Source: a bacterium | GTDB taxonomy: Bacteria; Ratteibacteria; UBA8468; B48-G9; JAFGKM01 | Assembly: GCA_029548585.1 (NCBI GenBank) | Contig: JAKPNC010000143.1 | Span: 1 to 41,704 of the forward strand | DNA length: 41,704 bases | Direction: 5' to 3' | Shown here: in pieces, positions 20,760 through 28,083 of the stretch | How the letters are laid out: the number at the start of each line of letters is the position of its first letter | Position numbering within the stretch: the first letter of the stretch is position 1 | Notes under the pieces: model-generated | Database searches by the model: none | The model's input: the letters and a program-made list of their open reading frames with translations, nothing else | Told to the model about the DNA's origin: nothing | Made by a program: the position numbers and the translations under genes

Positions 20760-22091
20760 CTATGCCGCGCCGTAAAGCTTCCCGTCGGCACCCGGGAAGA
20801 TATTGTCGTCCACGTGTTCCATGACCGTTGAAATATCCCCGAAGACTTTTTCAAAAGCGGACGCGATTTTCTCCATGAGATCTTTTCCGTTGGGGGTATG
20901 TACGCCGTGGACTATGGTGTAATTGTCGCAAAGGTCCCTTGCAACCGGATAATTGTCCACGTTGTAATCGTACCTGATGCCCCTGCTTTCGTTTACCGAC
21001 CACGGATAGCTGGAACCGCCGTAACCGAGCTTGCTCTGGAAAATATCCTGGGCGGGTACGGGCATCGTCTGCCACTGTCCAACGAGTACTCCTTCCATGT
21101 AAAGCGCTTTCTCAACGGCTGTCCTGAATTCCCGCGGAGTGCACTTGACGCCCGCCTCTTCGGGGTTGAACCTGACGTTGTACATGAAGTAGACATGCTT
21201 GCAGTCGTCCGGCCTGTACGGAGGCACGACACCCGGTATCTTCCCGATCCTTTCTGTGAGGTACCCGGCATTACTGATCCTCGTGTCGTTGTATTCGTCA
21301 AGGTGTTTCAGCTGCCCCCTTGTAAAAGCTGCGGGAAGCTCCTGGTTCCTGTACATGTAACCCAGGATGGATGCGTTATATTTCCTCCTGTGGCTGACTT
21401 CGTCCACCTCGTCTCCGAAACACCTGATAAGGCTGCCTTTCCTGAGAAGCGTTTCGTCGTTGGTAACAAAGAATCCTCCTTCTCCGCCGGAAAGGTTCTT
21501 AAAGTTGTTAAGGCTGAAGGCGGCAATATGTCCGATCGTACCTACTTTCCTGCCTTTATATGTCGCTCCATGTGCCTGGCAGGCATCTTCTATTACAAAC
21601 AAATTGTGTTTTTTCGCTATTTCAAGGATGGGATCCATGTCGGCCGGAAGTCCCTGTATGTGGACGGGAATGATGGCTTTCGTTCTTTCCGTTATGGCAG
21701 CCTCGAGTTTTGCGGGGTCCATGTTATACGTCCTTTTGTCTATATCCACGAAAACAGGTATGGCGTTCTGGTGTATTGCGCATGATGCCGAGGCAAGGAA
21801 TGTAAAAGCTGATGTTATTATTTCATCGCCCGGCCCGGCGCCTATCGCTGATAAGGCCATGTGAAGGGCTGCGGTACCGCTGCAGGTCGTAAGGCAATGC
21901 TTTACCCCGAGGTATTCCGCCCATTCTTTTTCGAGAGATGTAACCTGCGGAGCCGTTCCTCCCGCGAAGATGCCGCTCTCCATTGTTTCATTGACAAAAA
22001 AACGGGTTTCCTCGTTGACCACGGGCCAGTTCTTGTAGTCGTTTCTCTTCAATACGGGCGTCCCGCCTTCAATAGCCAGTTTTTCTTTCAT
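20760..22091 (-). CDS. DegT/DnrJ/EryC1/StrS family PLP-dependent aminotransferase
   Basis: The start at MKEKLAIEGGTPV follows GGAGGAAAT. The PLP-Lys region is FSLNNFKNLSGGEGG. At 443 aa it resembles the long keto-sugar / inosose aminotransferase members. Confidence 0.85.
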   Translation of the reverse strand: MKEKLAIEGGTPVLKRNDYKNWPVVNEETRFFVNETMESGIFAGGTAPQVTSLEKEWAEYLGVKHCLTTCSGTAALHMALSAIGAGPGDEIITSAFTFLASASCAIHQNAIPVFVDIDKRTYNMDPAKLEAAITERTKAIIPVHIQGLPADMDPILEIAKKHNLFVIEDACQAHGATYKGRKVGTIGHIAAFSLNNFKNLSGGEGGFFVTNDETLLRKGSLIRCFGDEVDEVSHRRKYNASILGYMYRNQELPAAFTRGQLKHLDEYNDTRISNAGYLTERIGKIPGVVPPYRPDDCKHVYFMYNVRFNPEEAGVKCTPREFRTAVEKALYMEGVLVGQWQTMPVPAQDIFQSKLGYGGSSYPWSVNESRGIRYDYNVDNYPVARDLCDNYTIVHGVHTPNGKDLMEKIASAFEKVFGDISTVMEHVDDNIFPGADGKLYGAA

Positions 22092-22229
22092 ATTTCCTCC
22101 GCTGTTGTTTGACCTGCCGTCGTGATGTAAGTCTTCCTCTCCCCGTTGGGCATATTTTGGCTGACAATTCAGTTTCAACGATGCCATTGCAGGCATTGCC
22201 ATATTTGCTTTTCCTGCCGGGGCAAGAAT

Positions 22230-22258
22230 AGTCTAACCAATTTAAGCCCGGGTGTCAA
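22230..22258 (-). promoter_or_regulatory. Promoter-like element for the DegT/ADH/YjbQ unit
   Basis: The minus strand reads TTGACA-N17-TAGACT. The leader to the DegT start would be about 130-140 nt. Confidence 0.4.
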
Positions 22259-22311
22259 GGGGGGAGTCAAAGGGGGTAACGGCAGGGCAGCCTCTTTATC
22301 ATGACTTCATT

Positions 22312-23370
22312 TCATCCGTCCTTTTCCGGCAATCCTTTTTCATCCAGGATCCATCTCGGCCGCCTGATGAAGGGGCCGTTTTCAAAGACCTGTTCTATCC
22401 CCGTACATTTTTCCAGGTAATCAAAACAGCTTCTCATGCATCCCCTGGAACCCTCTATGCCGAGAGCTCCTTCTCCCCATTTCTGTATGTAAGCGTGTCC
22501 CGGAATAATGTATCCCGAAGGATGCTCTGAAGATTTTCTCCATTCTCCTGTTGACATCGGCCAGCAGAACTTGTAGGCCGTTTCCTCGGTTACCCGCTGC
22601 TTATTTGCATCGAAGCTGTAACCCGGCAAGGCTTTGGAAATGAACGGCGACACCCTGGGATCTCCGCCGTGATAGGCGAGGGTGCATCTTCCCATGTCAA
22701 CGTCAGCCCATCTGTAAGTTTTATCCTCTATTTTTATTTCAACGAATTTCTTCTCCCTTATATGCGGGATTGCCCCCGGACATCCTCTTACGCATGCCAT
22801 ATCCAGTTTGCATATGCTGTTGGGTTCCACGAGGGGATCCGGTTCCAGTTTCAGATCGGTCAGGATGGCTGCAAGCCTCTGTCTCGGACCGAACCTCCTG
22901 GTGAGGAATATCTTTGACCATCCAATCTCCCCTATGCCGGCGGCCACCCCCGCGATTCTTATCGCAAGGTTGACTTCCGGTGCAATGCCGCCCTTTCTTA
23001 GGGGCCCGGTTTCCGGGGGGCCTTCAACGGTTATTCCCGAATAAAGGGGAACGGCTTCGTAACCAGAGTCTTCTATGAAGCAGGCGGTTTCGTAGAGAGG
23101 CATCTGCAGGAAAAAGGTGTTCAGGAGGCCGGAATAATCAAAGTAGGAGTAATTTGGCCAGTATGTTCCTTCCTCTATGCCCCGCCATCCCCCCCTGACG
23201 ATCCGGCGCCCGACGACTATTACCGATCTTGCCCCTGGGAATATGCTTTCAGGATGCATCCTCTCAGGGGCGCCTCTGAATCTCTCCATGCTTGCCACCC
23301 CGAAAAGGTCGAGCCCTCGGGATAACGCGAACTCCCTGATCTCCTCTTTTCCCGGTTCCCGGAAAGACAT
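22312..23370 (-). CDS. QueG/RdhA-superfamily Fe-S protein (epoxyqueuosine reductase-like), paralogue 1
   Basis: 352 aa. The N-terminus EIREFALSRGLDLFGVASMERF...SIFPGARSVIVVGRRI has the DUF1730/QueG-like pattern. It also has GPRQRLAAILTDLKLEPDPL and the Cys motifs CX5CX3CP and CX3CX6C. Confidence 0.55.
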   Translation of the reverse strand: MSFREPGKEEIREFALSRGLDLFGVASMERFRGAPERMHPESIFPGARSVIVVGRRIVRGGWRGIEEGTYWPNYSYFDYSGLLNTFFLQMPLYETACFIEDSGYEAVPLYSGITVEGPPETGPLRKGGIAPEVNLAIRIAGVAAGIGEIGWSKIFLTRRFGPRQRLAAILTDLKLEPDPLVEPNSICKLDMACVRGCPGAIPHIREKKFVEIKIEDKTYRWADVDMGRCTLAYHGGDPRVSPFISKALPGYSFDANKQRVTEETAYKFCWPMSTGEWRKSSEHPSGYIIPGHAYIQKWGEGALGIEGSRGCMRSCFDYLEKCTGIEQVFENGPFIRRPRWILDEKGLPEKDG

Positions 23371-23383
23371 CTTTTTCTCCTCC

Positions 23384-24229
23384 TTACATTCTGTAAAGGT
23401 CTTTTTCTTCCCTTACTGTCCAGGTCTCTCTCTGTCTGAAAGGCAGCCTGAAACGGCTTTTTATCCTTCCGCTCCTTTCGAGATAATCCATGCAGGTTCT
23501 TATGCACACGGAGGCTATCCTGTCAGGCCTGCCTGCCGGGTGGTGAGGGTTCTTCACCGCGCCGTTTTTGCATGAGGCGCATTTACCGTAATCAATTTCG
23601 GCCACCCGCATCTTCCTTCCCGAGATTTCAAGCTCCCTGTCTCCGTTGAAAGCCCCGAGGGGGCAAAATCCCCCGCACTCCCCGTTGCGCGGGCATATCT
23701 CTTCCGCGGGAAGAGGGTCGGGCTCAAGTACTGCGTCGGTGAGGATCATCTGGAATCTCTGCCTGGGGCCGAATTCAGGCGTAAGGAATATGCCGCAGTA
23801 GCCTATTTCACCAAGTCCCGCCCTGACCGCTGCATCGTCGAAATCGAGCATCACGTTTGGTTCCGGAACGCCTTTTCTTACCGCGACGCCCATGGGAGGA
23901 ACCTCCGGAGGGAGGTTTGGCAGGGGCACTGCTTCCCATCCGTTGTCTTCGAGGAATTCCGAGACCCTGAATGTTGTCATTGCAATGAAACGGTTCTCGA
24001 GCCAGTTATATCCGTGAAACATGTAATTCTGGAAATTGGTTCCTTCCTCCACTCCCCTGAGGGTTCCCCTTGTTATTCTCCTGCCGATCATTATCACGGA
24101 TCTTGCCTCCGGGAATATGGACCTTGGATCCTTTCTCCGGGTAAGGCCGTCGAACCTGTCTATCCCGGATATGCCCGCCAGGTCCGCTCCCGCCGAGAAT
24201 GCGTATTCCTTAAGTTGTCTGCTCTCCAT
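23384..24229 (-). CDS. QueG/RdhA-superfamily Fe-S protein, paralogue 2
   Basis: The start at MESRQLKEYAF follows GGAGAAAAAAA. It is clearly homologous to the downstream gene (SIFPEARSVIMIGRRI, GPRQRFQMILTDAVLEPDPL, CX5CX3CP, CX2C, CX3C). Confidence 0.55.
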   Translation of the reverse strand: MESRQLKEYAFSAGADLAGISGIDRFDGLTRRKDPRSIFPEARSVIMIGRRITRGTLRGVEEGTNFQNYMFHGYNWLENRFIAMTTFRVSEFLEDNGWEAVPLPNLPPEVPPMGVAVRKGVPEPNVMLDFDDAAVRAGLGEIGYCGIFLTPEFGPRQRFQMILTDAVLEPDPLPAEEICPRNGECGGFCPLGAFNGDRELEISGRKMRVAEIDYGKCASCKNGAVKNPHHPAGRPDRIASVCIRTCMDYLERSGRIKSRFRLPFRQRETWTVREEKDLYRM

Positions 24230-24324
24230 TTTTTTCTCCGTTTTGGGACTTTCACGTGAAGCGTCCAACCATGTATGTTATCACATAAATCCTTCCCGAT
24301 ACAGAGAGGGGACTGAATGGAAAA

Positions 24325-24353
24325 TTGACTCCGGCCTCTGGAAAACTTATAAT
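24325..24353 (+). promoter_or_regulatory. Near-consensus sigma70-type promoter of the tol-pal cluster
   Basis: TTGACT-N17-TATAAT matches 11 of 12 consensus positions. The -10 element ends 7 nt before the tolQ ATG at 24361. Confidence 0.6.
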
Positions 24354-24360
24354 AATCACC

Positions 24361-24963
24361 ATGGGAAATGTATGGATTTCTTCGTGGAATCATTGCGATG
24401 CAGCCGGCAAGGCAATCATGGTAGGGCTTCTTTTCCTGTCCGTATATTCATGGTATATCCTTGTGGAAAAATTCCTCGTCCTGAAAGACGTGGAAAAAAA
24501 GAACAGGCTTTTCGTTAAATCCTTCAAAAAGGGAGAAATCCCCCGGCGGATCAAGTGTCCCCTTAACTCGATTCTCGAATACGGCGAGGAACTGAAGGTC
24601 AGGTCGGGGGCGGAATATGCAGAGAAGCATCTTGAAAAGGCATTTCTCAGGGAGCAGGGGCTCCTCGAGAAGAAGATGACATCCCTTGCGACCATCGCCA
24701 CAATTGCGCCTTTTCTCGGGCTGCTGGGCACCGTCTGGGGTCTGCTACTTTCATTCATGGGGATAGTCGCGGCAGGTTCTTCTTCTGTCAAGGTGGTGGC
24801 CGCGGGTGTTTCTGAAGCCCTGGTCACAACGGTTGCCGGATTATTGGTAGCCATACCTGCGGCAACAGGTTACAACTACTACAGGGACCGTATATTCAAC
24901 ATTCTTGAAGGAATGGAGTACCTTTTTCCGAATATCATTGATTACCTGAAGAGGAAGGATTGA
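24361..24963 (+). CDS. tolQ: Tol-Pal system protein TolQ (MotA/TolQ/ExbB proton channel)
   Basis: It has three TM helices and LATIATIAPFLGLLGTVWGLL...EALVTTVAGLLVAIPA. It is followed by tolR, tolA-like, tolB and pal. Confidence 0.85.
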   Translation: MGNVWISSWNHCDAAGKAIMVGLLFLSVYSWYILVEKFLVLKDVEKKNRLFVKSFKKGEIPRRIKCPLNSILEYGEELKVRSGAEYAEKHLEKAFLREQGLLEKKMTSLATIATIAPFLGLLGTVWGLLLSFMGIVAAGSSSVKVVAAGVSEALVTTVAGLLVAIPAATGYNYYRDRIFNILEGMEYLFPNIIDYLKRKD

Positions 24964-24996
24964 AGAGAGAGACATTGTCTCGCCGGGGAGGAAAAA

Positions 24997-25401
24997 ATGG
25001 AGGGCATGACAAGGAGGAAAAGCAATCACACGCTTCCCCAGCTCAATATTACCAACCTCGTTGACGTTGCGTTGACTCTTGTTGTCATACTGCTTATCAT
25101 CTCCCCTTTCATAGAGCAGGGAATAGATGTGAAACTTCCTTCGTCTTCCCCTTCCGAAATCAGGGTCGAAAAGAGCCTGGTTATAACAGTTGCGCCAAAC
25201 GGGGTTTATTACGTTGAAAGCAGGAACGTGACCCTTGGAGAAATGTCCGGGATCCTCAGGGAGAAGAAGGCGCAGCAGGAGGGTCTCTCCGTAATAATCA
25301 AGGGAGACGGGAACGTTCCTTACAAGGATATCGTCAAGGCGCTTGACACGGCGAAAAAATGCGGAATAGAGAAAATTGGACTTGCCACCCAGGCAGAATA
25401 A
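24997..25401 (+). CDS. tolR: Tol-Pal system protein TolR (ExbD/TolR family)
   Basis: 134 aa. NITNLVDVALTLVVILLI contains the conserved Asp in the TM helix, followed by a periplasmic domain with VIIKGDGNVPYKDIVKALD. Confidence 0.85.
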   Translation: MEGMTRRKSNHTLPQLNITNLVDVALTLVVILLIISPFIEQGIDVKLPSSSPSEIRVEKSLVITVAPNGVYYVESRNVTLGEMSGILREKKAQQEGLSVIIKGDGNVPYKDIVKALDTAKKCGIEKIGLATQAE

Positions 25402-26108
25402 GGAAGCAGAGCCTTGGAATAACTTTGTTTTTACACTGCGCGGGGCTTCTGGCGCTTACAGTAAACCCGTGGAAAAAAGCGAATCCCTCCCTGATGCAGG
25501 TTTTCGACATCCAGCTTGTCAGCATTCCCCTTTCCATCCCCTCCGTTCCGGAAGCTGCGGGGAAGCCCGAGGAGATACCCTCAAAAAGAGAAACCCCGGG
25601 CAGGCAGGGGAACCAATCTTCCGCAGGGCCGGCGCGCAGGGCAGAACCCTCCCCGGGAAAGGCCGGGGAAACGGACTCTTTTGCAAGCGCCTCTTTCAGG
25701 GAAAGGCTTGCTTCCAGGATCCGCACCTCCGGACAGCCCGCAAGCCGGAAGGATCCCGTTGAGAGAGAACCGGTTGGCATCAAAAGGATAGAAAGGCCCA
25801 TTCCGGAATTAAATCTTCCCGACACGGGCGGAGGCATACCCGAATGGTATCTTTCTCTCGTCCAGTCCAGGATAAGGGAAAACTGGATCCTGCCGGCCAT
25901 GCCGGGAAGAAGGTCGGCCACGGTCTCCTTCAGGATTTACTCCACAGGACGGATTGCCAACGTCTCTCTTGAACTTGCGTCCGGGAACGCCGGTTTTGAC
26001 AGGTCTGTGATGGATGCTCTCAAGTCCGCGGGAGGGCTCCCTGTGTTTCCTGCCGGGATAAGACAACCTCATCTTGACATAATCATGGAGTTTAACACGG
26101 AGGGATGA
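25359..26108 (+). CDS. TolA/TonB-like energy-transducer protein
   Basis: It has an N-terminal TM helix (LGITLFLHCAGLLALTV), a Pro/Glu/Ser/Arg-rich linker, and a TonB_C-like end (YLSLVQSRIRENW...VSFRIYSTGRIANVSLELASGNAGFDRSVMDALK). The only canonical start overlaps tolR by 43 nt. Confidence 0.65.
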   Translation: MRNRENWTCHPGRIRKQSLGITLFLHCAGLLALTVNPWKKANPSLMQVFDIQLVSIPLSIPSVPEAAGKPEEIPSKRETPGRQGNQSSAGPARRAEPSPGKAGETDSFASASFRERLASRIRTSGQPASRKDPVEREPVGIKRIERPIPELNLPDTGGGIPEWYLSLVQSRIRENWILPAMPGRRSATVSFRIYSTGRIANVSLELASGNAGFDRSVMDALKSAGGLPVFPAGIRQPHLDIIMEFNTEG

Positions 26109-26109
26109 A

Positions 26110-27342
26110 ATGAAAAGAATCTCTGTTATAACTGCTTTATTTTCTTTCTTTATCGCCAGCCTCCATGCCTCTGATCCCATATTTCTAAGGATAACCAGGG
26201 ATCTCAGGGAAAAGGTGGAGATATCGGTTCTTCTTTCGGCCCCGAAGGATGCTTACTGGGAAGATTTCCTCAAGACGGTCTCGGGAGACCTCGATTATTC
26301 CGGATACTTTTCCGTGACCGGTTCGGTTTTTACAGACAACTTTTCAACCGCAAGACAGGAATACAAAGGCCGCCTGGCCATGATTGCAGAAAAGACAGGA
26401 GAAGGACTGGGCATAAGGGTTGAGGGAGATCCCGGCGGAAAGGCCCTCTTTGAAAAAAAATACCCGTATCCCGGGCCGTCCGGACCCCGGGGGCTTGCAC
26501 ACGCTGTCTGCAATGACCTGGTCTTTAACCTGACAGGAAAGCCAGGGATAGCGGGAAGCCGTATACTTTTTGTCTCTGACCGGACGGGGAATTACCAGCT
26601 TTACCAGGTAGAATACGATGGAGAAAATCTCAAGAGGCTCACCGATGCGAAATATATGGTACACTATCCCAGGTGGCTCTATCCCGGCAAAGAACTTCTT
26701 TTCGTTTCATACAAAGGCGGATGGCCTAAACTTGCCCGGAAGAAGATCCCTTCCGGAGAGGAGCGGGTGATACTTTCACATCCGGGATTAAACGCGTGCG
26801 CTTCTCCATGCCTCAAGACGGGAGAACTGGCCGTTGTCTTAAGCCACGAGGGAGGGCCCGAGATATACATTACCGACTTTGACGGCAGGATCCTGAAAAG
26901 GGTGACACGCAACCGTGCCACGGATGCCTCTCCTTCTTTTTCCCCGTGCGGGAAAATGATCTCCTTCGTATCTGACATGCACGGAAGCGCACAGGTTTAT
27001 ATCATGACAAGGGAAGGCACGAGGATCCGGAGAATAAGCTACCTTTCCGGGTATTCCACGTCTCCGGCGTGGTCTCCTGACGGAAATTTGATCGCATACG
27101 TTTTTTTGAGAGGAGGAAGCTACGGCATTGCAGTCTACGAGGTTTCCACGGGGGAGACAAGGGTCGTGGCCGGGGCGGCGGGAAGCGAAGACGTTTCATG
27201 GGCGCCGGACAGCAGGCACCTTGTCTATTCGGACATCAGCCGAAAGCCGGGGTCTGTGACAGTGCTCGACGCGGTAACGGGTGAAAAGAGGAAACTTACC
27301 GGCGGCAGCGGCAACTCTTTCAGCCCGGGCTGGGGCGGCTGA
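26110..27342 (+). CDS. tolB: Tol-Pal system beta-propeller protein TolB
   Basis: 410 aa with a signal peptide. Repeated propeller blades carry SPxxSPDGxxIAYV-type motifs (SPSFSPCGKMISFVS, SPAWSPDGNLIAYV, DVSWAPDSRHLVYS). Confidence 0.85.
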   Translation: MKRISVITALFSFFIASLHASDPIFLRITRDLREKVEISVLLSAPKDAYWEDFLKTVSGDLDYSGYFSVTGSVFTDNFSTARQEYKGRLAMIAEKTGEGLGIRVEGDPGGKALFEKKYPYPGPSGPRGLAHAVCNDLVFNLTGKPGIAGSRILFVSDRTGNYQLYQVEYDGENLKRLTDAKYMVHYPRWLYPGKELLFVSYKGGWPKLARKKIPSGEERVILSHPGLNACASPCLKTGELAVVLSHEGGPEIYITDFDGRILKRVTRNRATDASPSFSPCGKMISFVSDMHGSAQVYIMTREGTRIRRISYLSGYSTSPAWSPDGNLIAYVFLRGGSYGIAVYEVSTGETRVVAGAAGSEDVSWAPDSRHLVYSDISRKPGSVTVLDAVTGEKRKLTGGSGNSFSPGWGG

Positions 27343-27370
27343 TTGACAAAAATGGCCGGTGATGTATAAT
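27343..27370 (+). promoter_or_regulatory. Consensus internal promoter upstream of pal
   Basis: TTGACA-N16-TATAAT has both hexamers perfect and begins 1 nt after the tolB stop. The leader to pal is about 36 nt and contains a GGAGGG SD. Confidence 0.6.
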
Positions 27371-27412
27371 TGAAAAAGGCGTTCGTACATTAAAACACGA
27401 CAGGAGGGTAAT

Positions 27413-28081
27413 ATGAGAAATTATATGCTTTTAACACTCTGCGCCATGCTTGTTGTCTTTGCGGGTTGCCAGTCAACGCGCAAAGATAACGGCAAGTTCC
27501 TGAAGAACGGGAAGGATGCAACCGGAGAAGGCGGATCCTCTGCCCTTTCCATATTCTCCCAGGATCTGCAGCCTTTGAACCAGGGAGGTTCAGCGGACGC
27601 TTCCCAGCCTTCTGCCGTAAGCCCTGATGCCGGAAAGGCAACTCCTTACGAGGCGCTCCAGGCAACGGAAGGAAAGGAGATCCCTCTCCATCCGATCCCG
27701 GAGGGCAAGGTCTTCAAATCCCCTTCCGAGATAAGCCCGGAACTGGCGGCCATATTTTCGAATATCCATTTTGAATATGACAGTTACGAAGTAAGAAGCG
27801 CAGACGTGCCTTTTATCAGCGCCATGGGTAAGCACCTGCTGGAAAATCCATCCATGGAGGTTCGCATAGAAGGCCACTGCGATGAAAGGGGGACCAGGGA
27901 ATATAACCTTGTTCTCGGAGAACAGAGGTCCCTCAGCGCCAGGAGGTTTCTCGTTGGCCTGGGAGTTTCCCCCAGCAGGCTGCACACTGTCAGCTACGGC
28001 AAGGATAAGCCTGCAGATACGCGCAGCAACGAGGAGGCCTGGTTTAAAAACAGGAGAGCTGAATTCAAGATAGCGGAGTAA
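27413..28081 (+). CDS. pal: Peptidoglycan-associated lipoprotein Pal (OmpA-family C-terminal domain)
   Basis: The lipobox is VVFAGC. The OmpA-like domain reads IHFEYDSYEVRS...IEGHCDERGTREYNLVLGEQRSLSARRFL...NRRAEFKI. Confidence 0.9.
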   Translation: MRNYMLLTLCAMLVVFAGCQSTRKDNGKFLKNGKDATGEGGSSALSIFSQDLQPLNQGGSADASQPSAVSPDAGKATPYEALQATEGKEIPLHPIPEGKVFKSPSEISPELAAIFSNIHFEYDSYEVRSADVPFISAMGKHLLENPSMEVRIEGHCDERGTREYNLVLGEQRSLSARRFLVGLGVSPSRLHTVSYGKDKPADTRSNEEAWFKNRRAEFKIAE

Positions 28082-28083
28082 AC

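Noticed and set aside
20760-22202. Long N-terminal extensions appear in the supplied ORF track. Examples are DegT from 22202, tolQ from the TTG at 24325, the small secreted protein from 2141, the oxidoreductase from 6927, NapH-like from 32325 and the exported protein from 30751.
   Set aside because: In each case an internal start has an SD or promoter and yields the canonical family N-terminus or signal peptide. The extensions have no SD and read through regulatory sequence.
24251-24260. The perfect palindrome TTCACGTGAA lies between the promoter region and the SD of the QueG-like operon and could be an operator.
   Set aside because: A 10-bp perfect palindrome is expected about 40 times by chance in 41.7 kb. 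Without conservation data or a second copy it is not evidence of a binding site.
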